Shown piece by piece: positions 34,333 to 41,189 of a stretch of DNA of 47,172 nt (position 1 is the stretch's first letter; each line of letters opens with the position of its first letter). Origin of the DNA: a virus (Duplodnaviria; Caudoviricetes); IMG/VR virus record IMGVR_UViG_3300020464_000007, positions 1 through 47,172 of that record. The stretch is one strand, 5' to 3'. The notes under the pieces were generated by a model that was given only the letters and a program-made list of their open reading frames with translations, searched no databases and was not told the origin of the DNA. Made by a program: the position numbers and the translations under genes.

Positions 34333-35907
34333 ATGTCAGCTAAAACTCGCTATGACGTTTTATCCAGCGACCGTTCCCAGTTCTTAAACGAAGCTGAACA
34401 GGCATCTAAACTGACACTCCCTTATTTGATTCGTGGACACGAGGAACACCACTCGGGCATGAAGAACCTCCTTACCCCATACCAAAGCGTTGGCGCGAAG
34501 GGTGTAGTTACTCTGGCATCTAAGTTGATGTTAGCTCTGCTACCCGTTCAGACCAGCTTCTTTAAACTACAGCTTGATGAAAGTCAGCTGGGGCAAGAGA
34601 TGGGTCCAGAGATTAAATCAGAACTTGATTTGTCTTTTGCAAAAGTTGAACGAATCATCCTTGAATCTATTGCAGCTACTGATGACAGGGTAGCGGTGCA
34701 CCAAGCACTGCTGCATCTTGTCGTTGGTGGTAATGCTTTGGTGTTCATGGGTACTAAAGGGCTTAAGGTTTATCCTTTGAATCGCTTCGTCGTCGATCGT
34801 GATGGCAACGGCAACGTGATTGAAATCGTCACTAAAGAACGTATTAACAAAAAACTGATTGAAGATAAGCTCCCTGCAGATTATCTCAAGACCTTGCCAG
34901 TCAGTGATACCTACGGGGATCACGATGATGAATGTGATGTGTACACCCACGTACGACGAGAGAACAATCGTTTTGTGTGGCATCAAGAGGTGTATGATTA
35001 CAAGCTGAAAGGCACTGAAGGTAAGTCACCAGTAGCTACCAACCCCTGGATTGCACTTAGGTTCAACACCGTTGACGGTGAGAGCTATGGGCGTGGTAGA
35101 GTAGGTCAGTTCATCGGCGACCTAAAGTCACTTGAAGCACTGACACAAGCCCTGGTTGAAGGCAGCGCAGCGGCTGCTAAGGTAGTATTTGTGGTGAACC
35201 CCAGTTCTACCACCAAGCCTGCCACCCTTGCCAATGCTGGTAACGGTGCTATAATTCAAGGGCGACCTGATGACGTGGCTGTCATCCAGGTTGGCAAGAC
35301 CGCTGACTTTGGTACCGCTTATCAGATGACTTCTGTTCTCGAACGTCGTCTCAGTGAAGCTTTCCTTATCCTCAACGTGAGGCAGAGCGAACGCACCACT
35401 GCGGAAGAGGTCCGTATGACACAGATGGAGCTGGAGCAGCAACTTGGTGGACTATTCTCCCTGTTGACTGTTGAGTTCCTTGTCCCTTACCTCAACCGTA
35501 AGCTGGATCAGGCTCAGAAGTCTGGTGACATCCCACGTCTCCCTAAGAACATTGTGAAGCCAACGATTGTTGCAGGTATCAATGCCCTTGGTCGTGGTCA
35601 AGACCGTGATAGCCTGACACAGTTCCTCACTGTTCTGGCTCAGACCCTTGGTCCTGAAGCTATTGCTCAGTTCATCAACACAGATGAGGTGATCAAACGC
35701 TTTGCTGCTTCTCAAGGTATTGATGTACTCAACCTTGTGAAGAGTATGCAAGAATTGCAAGCCGAACAGCAACAGGCTATGGCTCAACAGCAAGCAATGA
35801 TGGAGCAACAGCAAGTACCTCAGATGGCTGCAGTCGAACAGAAGGCAGCACAAGCTGAGATGCAAGCAATGCAACAAGCACAACAACAAGAACAACCACC
35901 ACAATAA
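34333..35907 (+). CDS. Head-tail connector / portal (gp8-like)
   Basis: QSVGAKGVVTLASKLMLAL, GESYGRG, ERTTAEEVR. Confidence 0.97.
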   Translation: MSAKTRYDVLSSDRSQFLNEAEQASKLTLPYLIRGHEEHHSGMKNLLTPYQSVGAKGVVTLASKLMLALLPVQTSFFKLQLDESQLGQEMGPEIKSELDLSFAKVERIILESIAATDDRVAVHQALLHLVVGGNALVFMGTKGLKVYPLNRFVVDRDGNGNVIEIVTKERINKKLIEDKLPADYLKTLPVSDTYGDHDDECDVYTHVRRENNRFVWHQEVYDYKLKGTEGKSPVATNPWIALRFNTVDGESYGRGRVGQFIGDLKSLEALTQALVEGSAAAAKVVFVVNPSSTTKPATLANAGNGAIIQGRPDDVAVIQVGKTADFGTAYQMTSVLERRLSEAFLILNVRQSERTTAEEVRMTQMELEQQLGGLFSLLTVEFLVPYLNRKLDQAQKSGDIPRLPKNIVKPTIVAGINALGRGQDRDSLTQFLTVLAQTLGPEAIAQFINTDEVIKRFAASQGIDVLNLVKSMQELQAEQQQAMAQQQAMMEQQQVPQMAAVEQKAAQAEMQAMQQAQQQEQPPQ

Positions 35908-35909
35908 AC

Positions 35910-36653
35910 ATGGCAGAAGTAATGTCTATGATTCCAGACGAATCACCCGATGGAGAGTTGAATGCTGATGAGCAGGATTCTCTCCAAGTAGGTGAGGAGA
36001 TGGAACAGCAGCAGGAACAGCGCCTTGCTGGTAAATATAAAAACGCTGAAGAACTTGAAGCTGCTTACCTTGAACTGCAAAAAAAGCTTGGTGAGCAACC
36101 TACAGAAGAGTCATCAGAAGAGCCTGAAGAGGAGTCTTCTACTGAATCTCTGCTGGATCAACTTTGGGAGCAGTCTCAAACTGAAAAGTTTAGCGAAGAA
36201 ACTCTACAGCAAATTGCAAAGGCAGATCCGAATGAGCTAGCTCAGATGTATCTGGAGTACCGCAACAAAGCGGAGTCCAGTGACCAACCACAGATGACAG
36301 AAGAGTACGCCAACGGTCTGAAGAATGCTGTTGGTGGTGAGAAGCAGTACAATGAGATGATTGGTTGGGCAGGTCAAAACCTGTCTAGCGAAGAGATTGA
36401 ATCGTATGATGCTATCATGGAGCAGGGTAATCCTGCCGCTGCTTATTGGGCGGTGCAGGCATTGACTTACCGTTATCGTGATGCTAACGGTGTGGAAGGC
36501 GATCTTGTTCAGGGTAAATCACCTGGTGCAGGTGGCACTTTCCGCAGTCAGGCAGAGGTTGTACAAGCCATGTCTGACCCACGCTACGATAACGACCCGG
36601 CTTACCGCCAGGACGTGATGCGTAAACTTGAACGCTCTAATGTATCATTCTGA
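35910..36653 (+). CDS. Capsid scaffolding protein (gp9-like)
   Basis: LAGKYK..EELE.AY.ELQKKLG; FRSQAEVVQAMSDPRY..DPAYR. Confidence 0.93.
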   Translation: MAEVMSMIPDESPDGELNADEQDSLQVGEEMEQQQEQRLAGKYKNAEELEAAYLELQKKLGEQPTEESSEEPEEESSTESLLDQLWEQSQTEKFSEETLQQIAKADPNELAQMYLEYRNKAESSDQPQMTEEYANGLKNAVGGEKQYNEMIGWAGQNLSSEEIESYDAIMEQGNPAAAYWAVQALTYRYRDANGVEGDLVQGKSPGAGGTFRSQAEVVQAMSDPRYDNDPAYRQDVMRKLERSNVSF

Positions 36654-36844
36654 TGTCAACTGTAACTGAAGATGGAGGTCGTCTAAACCTCTACGCAAAA
36701 GAACCACCTATGGAGATTATGGACGTGTACGAAACTCACAATGAAAAGGCTGAGAAGCTTAACGGTCGTGCTGCTATGCTTGGCATCATGGCGGCTCTCG
36801 GTGCCTATGCAATCACTGGTCAAATTATCCCCGGAGTCTGGTAA
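36653..36844 (+). CDS. hli: High-light-inducible protein
   Basis: AEKLNGRAAMLG...TGQIIPG. Confidence 0.95.
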   Translation: MSTVTEDGGRLNLYAKEPPMEIMDVYETHNEKAEKLNGRAAMLGIMAALGAYAITGQIIPGVW

Positions 36845-36903
36845 TGCCACAAGGTAAAGGTACATACGGTACAAAGAAAGGTCGTCCCCCTAAGAAAAAG
36901 TAA
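36844..36903 (+). CDS. Basic micro-peptide, 19 aa MPQGKGTYGTKKGRPPKKK
   Basis: TAATG coupling to hli and to the next ORF. Confidence 0.6.
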   Translation: MPQGKGTYGTKKGRPPKKK

Positions 36904-36968
36904 TGGCACACAAAGGTAAAGGCTCTTGCGGTTCTAAGGGAGGCAAGAAAGGTGGCTACAAAAAGTAA
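36903..36968 (+). CDS. Basic micro-peptide, 21 aa MAHKGKGSCGSKGGKKGGYKK
   Basis: TAATG coupling. Confidence 0.55.
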   Translation: MAHKGKGSCGSKGGKKGGYKK

Positions 36969-37200
36969 GCCTTCTGTCAGTCTGAAGATTGGCAAACACA
37001 AATCACGTACCGGCGGCTTGACTGCCGCTGGTCGTGCTAAATATAACAGAGAAACAGGCTCTAACTTAAAAGCCCCACAACCTGGTGGCGGCAAACGAAA
37101 GAAGTCCTTCTGTGCTAGGATGTCTGGTGTCAAAGGACCGATGAAAAAGAATGGTAAGCCAACCCGTAAAGCGTTGGCACTACGTAAATGGAAGTGTTAA
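36952..37200 (+). CDS. Basic small protein, 82 aa (GGLTAAGRAKYN...RKKSFCARM...LRKWKC)
   Basis: ORF track; GGAGG upstream of GTG. Confidence 0.75.
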   Translation: MATKSKPSVSLKIGKHKSRTGGLTAAGRAKYNRETGSNLKAPQPGGGKRKKSFCARMSGVKGPMKKNGKPTRKALALRKWKC

Positions 37201-37202
37201 CT

Positions 37203-37352
37203 ATGGCTAAACGTGGTCTCTACGCAAACATCCATGCTAAAAGGATGCGGATCAAACAAGGATCTGGTGAAAAAATGAGAAAGCCTGGGTCTAAAGGAGC
37301 ACCCACGGCTGCTAACTTCAAACGCTCCGCTAAAACTGCTAAAAAAAAGTAA
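37203..37352 (+). CDS. Basic small protein, 49 aa (MAKRGLYANIHAKR...KPGSKGAPT)
   Basis: Manual translation; starts 2 nt after the previous stop. Confidence 0.7.
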   Translation: MAKRGLYANIHAKRMRIKQGSGEKMRKPGSKGAPTAANFKRSAKTAKKK

Positions 37353-37362
37353 CTTATTAATC

Positions 37363-37707
37363 ATGAAATCTATTATCGCTTCCGGTCTCCTCCTCGGCAT
37401 GGCACACGGTGCTGCTATTGCTGGTCCCTACGTGAACATTGAAGCCAACTCTGGTTGGTCTGGTACCGATTATGGTGGTACCGTTATTGACAACCATGTC
37501 GGCTTTGAAGGCGCTAACTGGTACCTCCAGGGTGGTCCTTCTATCGTCTCCCCTGACGGTGGAGACAGCACCGTTGAACTGTCTGGTAAAGCAGGTGGTT
37601 CTGTGCCCCTGGGTGAGAACCTTGGAGCCTATGGTGAAGTATCCTTTGTCACTGGTGAAGATGACAACGGCTATGGTACTAAAGTCGGTATCAAATATAA
37701 CTTCTGA
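37363..37707 (+). CDS. Small outer-membrane beta-barrel-like protein
   Basis: Signal peptide (…AAIA|G), alternating beta strands, C-terminal KVGIKYNF beta-signal. Confidence 0.7.
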   Translation: MKSIIASGLLLGMAHGAAIAGPYVNIEANSGWSGTDYGGTVIDNHVGFEGANWYLQGGPSIVSPDGGDSTVELSGKAGGSVPLGENLGAYGEVSFVTGEDDNGYGTKVGIKYNF

Positions 37708-37717
37708 TATTTAACAC

Positions 37718-37800
37718 AGCCCTCCACTGGACGTGAGCCTTGGGAGGGCTTCATTAAAGTGCTCAAATACGTACCCTTGAAAACAATTACCCCGCACTTT
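37718..37800 (+). ncRNA. Structured psbA leader (PhotoRC-II-like)
   Basis: Hairpins AGCCCTCC/GGAGGGCT (37718-50) and AAAGTGC/GCACTTT (37756-800) ending 2 nt before the ATG; family name from recall. Confidence 0.5.
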
Positions 37801-37802
37801 TA

Positions 37803-38879
37803 ATGACCGCTGTACTTCAACAACAACAGAGGTCTACCTGGGATGAGTTTTGCTCCTGGGTAACCTCTACTAATAACCGACTCTATGTTGGCTGGTTCGG
37901 GATCCTCATGATTCCTACTCTGCTAGCCGCTACTATTTGTTTTGTAACTGCATTTATTGCAGCACCCCCTGTAGACATTGATGGAATCCGAGAACCAGTC
38001 GCAGGCTCCCTCCTCTATGGAAACAACATCATATCGGGAGCCGTCGTTCCGAGCAGCAATGCCATCGGACTACACTTCTACCCAATTTGGGAAGCTGCTA
38101 CACTTGATGAATGGCTCTACAACGGGGGTCCATTCCAACTTGTCGTTTTCCACTTCCTCATTGGCATCTATTCTTACATGGGACGCGAATGGGAACTTAG
38201 CTATCGACTAGGTATGCGTCCCTGGATCTTTGTGGCATACAGTGCGCCTGTTGCCGCAGCCTCTGCTGTTTTCCTGGTTTACCCTTTTGGTCAAGGATCT
38301 TTTTCCGATGCTATGCCTCTTGGCATTTCCGGCACCTTTAACTATATGTTTGTCTTCCAGGCAGAACATAATATCCTTATGCACCCGTTCCACATGCTGG
38401 GCGTCGCAGGTGTGTTTGGCGGATCTCTGTTTAGCGCTATGCACGGGAGTCTGGTTACATCTAGTCTCATCCGTGAAACGACTGAAGAGGTAAGCCAGAA
38501 CTATGGGTACAAGTTCGGTCAAGAGGAAGAGACCTACAACATTGTTGCAGCTCATGGATACTTTGGTCGTCTTATTTTCCAGTATGCTTCTTTTAACAAC
38601 AGCCGTAGTCTCCACTTCTTCCTTGCAGCTTGGCCTGTTGTTGGCATCTGGTTTACTGCTCTTGGTGTATCTACCATGGCTTTCAACCTGAATGGTTTCA
38701 ACTTCAACCAATCTATTCAAGACCGTGATGGTCATGTAATTAACACGTGGGCGGACATCCTAAACCGAGCTGGTCTTGGTATGGAAGTCATGCATGAACG
38801 CAACGCCCACAACTTCCCACTGGACTTGGCAGCTGCTGAGACTACTCCAGTGGCGCTGACTGCTCCGGCAATCGGCTAA
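37803..38879 (+). CDS. psbA: Photosystem II D1 protein
   Basis: [39 protein letters not shown]; uninterrupted 358 aa. Confidence 0.99.
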   Translation: MTAVLQQQQRSTWDEFCSWVTSTNNRLYVGWFGILMIPTLLAATICFVTAFIAAPPVDIDGIREPVAGSLLYGNNIISGAVVPSSNAIGLHFYPIWEAATLDEWLYNGGPFQLVVFHFLIGIYSYMGREWELSYRLGMRPWIFVAYSAPVAAASAVFLVYPFGQGSFSDAMPLGISGTFNYMFVFQAEHNILMHPFHMLGVAGVFGGSLFSAMHGSLVTSSLIRETTEEVSQNYGYKFGQEEETYNIVAAHGYFGRLIFQYASFNNSRSLHFFLAAWPVVGIWFTALGVSTMAFNLNGFNFNQSIQDRDGHVINTWADILNRAGLGMEVMHERNAHNFPLDLAAAETTPVALTAPAIG

Positions 38880-38889
38880 CTATCTAGTA

Positions 38890-39089
38890 CGTTCATCCTA
38901 TGTTTGACATTCAAGTAGATGATGGTGGCGCTCGTATTATTCGAGATGCACTAAGACTATACAAAAAACAATGGTCCGGTGGTCATCCACAGGAACAGAT
39001 TGATATTGAGTTCTTAGAGATGCAGTTCACCAAAATGGTGCTTGAAGCAAGCATGGACGCATATTGACCACGCATGGAACGGGGCGTGG
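38890..39089 (+). ncRNA. Glutamine-II (Downstream-peptide)-like riboswitch with greatly expanded P2
   Basis: CGTTCA(38890)/TGGAACG(39075) P1; TCC/GGA then CGCA; pseudoknot CCACGC(39068)/GCGTGG(39084); precedes a YRGVxY peptide. Confidence 0.65.
38900..39067 (+). CDS. 55-aa hypothetical protein nested in the riboswitch (MFDIQVDDGGARIIRDAL...WSGGHPQEQ...)
   Basis: Manual translation; open frame with protein-like composition. Confidence 0.55.
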   Translation: MFDIQVDDGGARIIRDALRLYKKQWSGGHPQEQIDIEFLEMQFTKMVLEASMDAY

Positions 39090-39108
39090 ATTTACTAGGT
39101 ACTCAACT

Positions 39109-39216
39109 ATGTCTCTTAATCTCATTCGTTTCCTCGCATCACAGAAAAAGCGTGCAGAGCGCTATCATACTGATGCTCTCCGCTACCGTGGTGTAGTGTA
39201 TAAAGAGATCGACTGA
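39109..39216 (+). CDS. DUF4278-like peptide, 35 aa
   Basis: MSLNLIRFLASQKKRAERYHTDALRYRGVVYKEID; the LxYRGVxY motif is the hallmark of peptides downstream of this riboswitch class. Confidence 0.7.
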   Translation: MSLNLIRFLASQKKRAERYHTDALRYRGVVYKEID

Positions 39217-39385
39217 TTCCGTAAAAGCGGACTGGGGAGTGCAATGCTCCCCTTCAGTATTTGGCATTGGCCCGTACGCGGACACCCTTTGCCGAACCGG
39301 TTTGGTAAAAGACCATAAAATTTTACCACAAAATTTTTTTATCAATCGATTGGTAGTGCTTTTATATTAAGTATTAACTACTACA

Positions 39386-40510
39386 ATGGCTTTTCAATCT
39401 TCTGTAAACCCAGCACAGCTTACTCAGCTGGGTCAATCTAATCTTGCGGGTGATACTCGCGCTCTTTACCTGAAGCTATTTTCAGGTGAGATGTTCAAAG
39501 GCTTCCAGCATAACACAATCGCTCGTGATCTGATCATGAAGCGTACCATTAAGAACGGCAAGTCTTTGCAGTTCATCTATACTGGTCGCACCAAATCTGA
39601 ATTCCATACGCCTGGAAACAGCATTTTGGGTGATAGCAATAATGCACCTCCGGTGGCTGAGAAGACCATCACTATTGATGACCTTCTGATTAGCTCTGCA
39701 TTCGTGTATGAATTGGACGAAGTTCTGGCTCATTACGATCTGCGCTCGGAGATCAGCCGTAAGATCGGCTACGCTCTGGCAGAAAAGTATGACCGTCTTG
39801 CATTCCGTGCTGTTGCACGTGGTGCCCGTCAGGCTTCTCCTGTGTCTGCTACCGGCTATGTTGAGCCCGGTGGTACTCAGATTCGTGTGGGTTCTACCAC
39901 TAACGATTCTGACGCTTTCAACTCCTCTAACCTGGTTGCTGCATTCTATGATGCTGCTGCCGCTCTGGATGAGAAGGGTGTGTCTTCCGACGGTCGTGTG
40001 GCTGTCCTGAACCCCCGTCAGTACTACGAACTGATCCAAGCTGTTGGTTCCAACGGCCTGGTCAACCGCGATGCTCAGGGCTCTGCTCTGCAAAGCGGAC
40101 AAGGTATCATCGAAATCGCTGGTATCAAGATCTACAAGTCCATGAACATCCCGTTCCTGGGCAAATACGGTACCGCTTACGGCGGCACCACCGGTCAAAC
40201 CTCTCCTGGTAACACCGGTTCTTTCGTGGGTGAGTCCCTGGAAGACGCCTCTGGCGCTTCTACTGGTATCAACAACGATTACGGTACTGCTGCTGAAGTC
40301 GGTAGCAAGTCCTGTGGTCTTATCTTCCAGAAAGAAGCTGCTGGTATGGTCGAAGCAATCGGCCCTCAGGTCCAAGTGACCAGTGGAGATGTGTCCGTCA
40401 TTTACCAAGGTGACGTGATGCTCGGTCGCCTCGCCTGTGGCGCAGACTATCTGAATCCTGCTGCAGCCGTTGAGCTGTACGTCGGTGCTACTGCACCTTC
40501 TGCATTCTGA
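39386..40510 (+). CDS. Major capsid protein (gp10-like)
   Basis: ALYLKLFSGE, RTIKNGKSLQF, EKTITIDDLL, YDLRSEIS..IG.ALA. Confidence 0.97.
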   Translation: MAFQSSVNPAQLTQLGQSNLAGDTRALYLKLFSGEMFKGFQHNTIARDLIMKRTIKNGKSLQFIYTGRTKSEFHTPGNSILGDSNNAPPVAEKTITIDDLLISSAFVYELDEVLAHYDLRSEISRKIGYALAEKYDRLAFRAVARGARQASPVSATGYVEPGGTQIRVGSTTNDSDAFNSSNLVAAFYDAAAALDEKGVSSDGRVAVLNPRQYYELIQAVGSNGLVNRDAQGSALQSGQGIIEIAGIKIYKSMNIPFLGKYGTAYGGTTGQTSPGNTGSFVGESLEDASGASTGINNDYGTAAEVGSKSCGLIFQKEAAGMVEAIGPQVQVTSGDVSVIYQGDVMLGRLACGADYLNPAAAVELYVGATAPSAF

Positions 40511-40521
40511 TATTTATTTTG

Positions 40522-40549
40522 GGAGCCTCTTCGGGGGCTCCTTTTTTTT
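40522..40549 (+). terminator. T-phi-like intrinsic terminator after capsid
   Basis: GGAGCCTC-TTCG-GGGGCTCC followed by T8. Confidence 0.93.
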
Positions 40550-40555
40550 AATTCC

Positions 40556-40574
40556 TTATTGAGAATGAGAATCA
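40556..40574 (+). promoter_or_regulatory. Third TTATTGAGAATGA motif (Fur-box-like) abutting the tail tube A start
   Basis: TTATTGAGAATGAGAATCA; 13 nt identical to 19134-19146. Confidence 0.45.
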
Positions 40575-41189
40575 ATGTCATTTCCTACCACTAATGCAAC
40601 ACAGGAGCTTCCTGCAGTAAATCAAATTTTGCAGTCATGTGGTCAAGCGCCTGTTACTACCCTAGATCAAACCAACCCGGACGTTGCGATTGCCTATCAG
40701 ACTTTGCTCGAAGTCTCTAGGGAAGTACAGGCTGAGGGATGGTCATTTAATAAGGAGTTTCATTATGATATGACTCCTGACACTAATAACGAAATCCTTA
40801 TCCCTAATAATGTTTTGCAGATTGATCTAACCACCAATGCTGCTAACATGGATAAAGATGTAATCAGACGTAGTGGTAAGCTTTACGACAGAGCTAACCA
40901 TACCTATACGTTTACTGAGAAGGTAGAGTGTGACATCACCTGGTTGTTTGACTGGGTTGATCTCCCTGTACCTATTGCTGACTTCATTACAGCCCGTGCT
41001 GCTACTGTCGTTTCTAGCCGCATTGTTGGTGACGGTAACCAATACCAGATCCTACAACAAAAAGAAGCTTTTGCTAGAGCATCAGCAATGGAGTATGAGT
41101 GTAATCAGGGTGACTATACATACTTTGGTCATTCAGGTAATACTAATAGATATACAAGTTACAAACCGTACACAGCACTTTATCGATAA
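40575..41189 (+). CDS. Tail tubular protein A (gp11-like)
   Basis: ELPAVNQIL..CGQAPV..L, VQAEGWSFN.E. Confidence 0.93.
   Translation: MSFPTTNATQELPAVNQILQSCGQAPVTTLDQTNPDVAIAYQTLLEVSREVQAEGWSFNKEFHYDMTPDTNNEILIPNNVLQIDLTTNAANMDKDVIRRSGKLYDRANHTYTFTEKVECDITWLFDWVDLPVPIADFITARAATVVSSRIVGDGNQYQILQQKEAFARASAMEYECNQGDYTYFGHSGNTNRYTSYKPYTALYR

Noticed and set aside
37803-38879. Intron or homing endonuclease in psbA
   Set aside because: ORF is continuous and full length.
39231-39258. Possible tRNA
   Set aside because: Only a T-arm-like hairpin; no D arm, anticodon arm or cloverleaf. Kept as structured RNA instead.
39482-40408. 308-aa antisense ORF opposite the capsid gene
   Set aside because: Shadow of strong codon bias in a highly expressed gene; no motifs; all real genes are on +.
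40480-40550. T7 gp10A/10B-type capsid frameshift extension
   Set aside because: A terminator follows 11 nt after the stop; no extended alternative frame.
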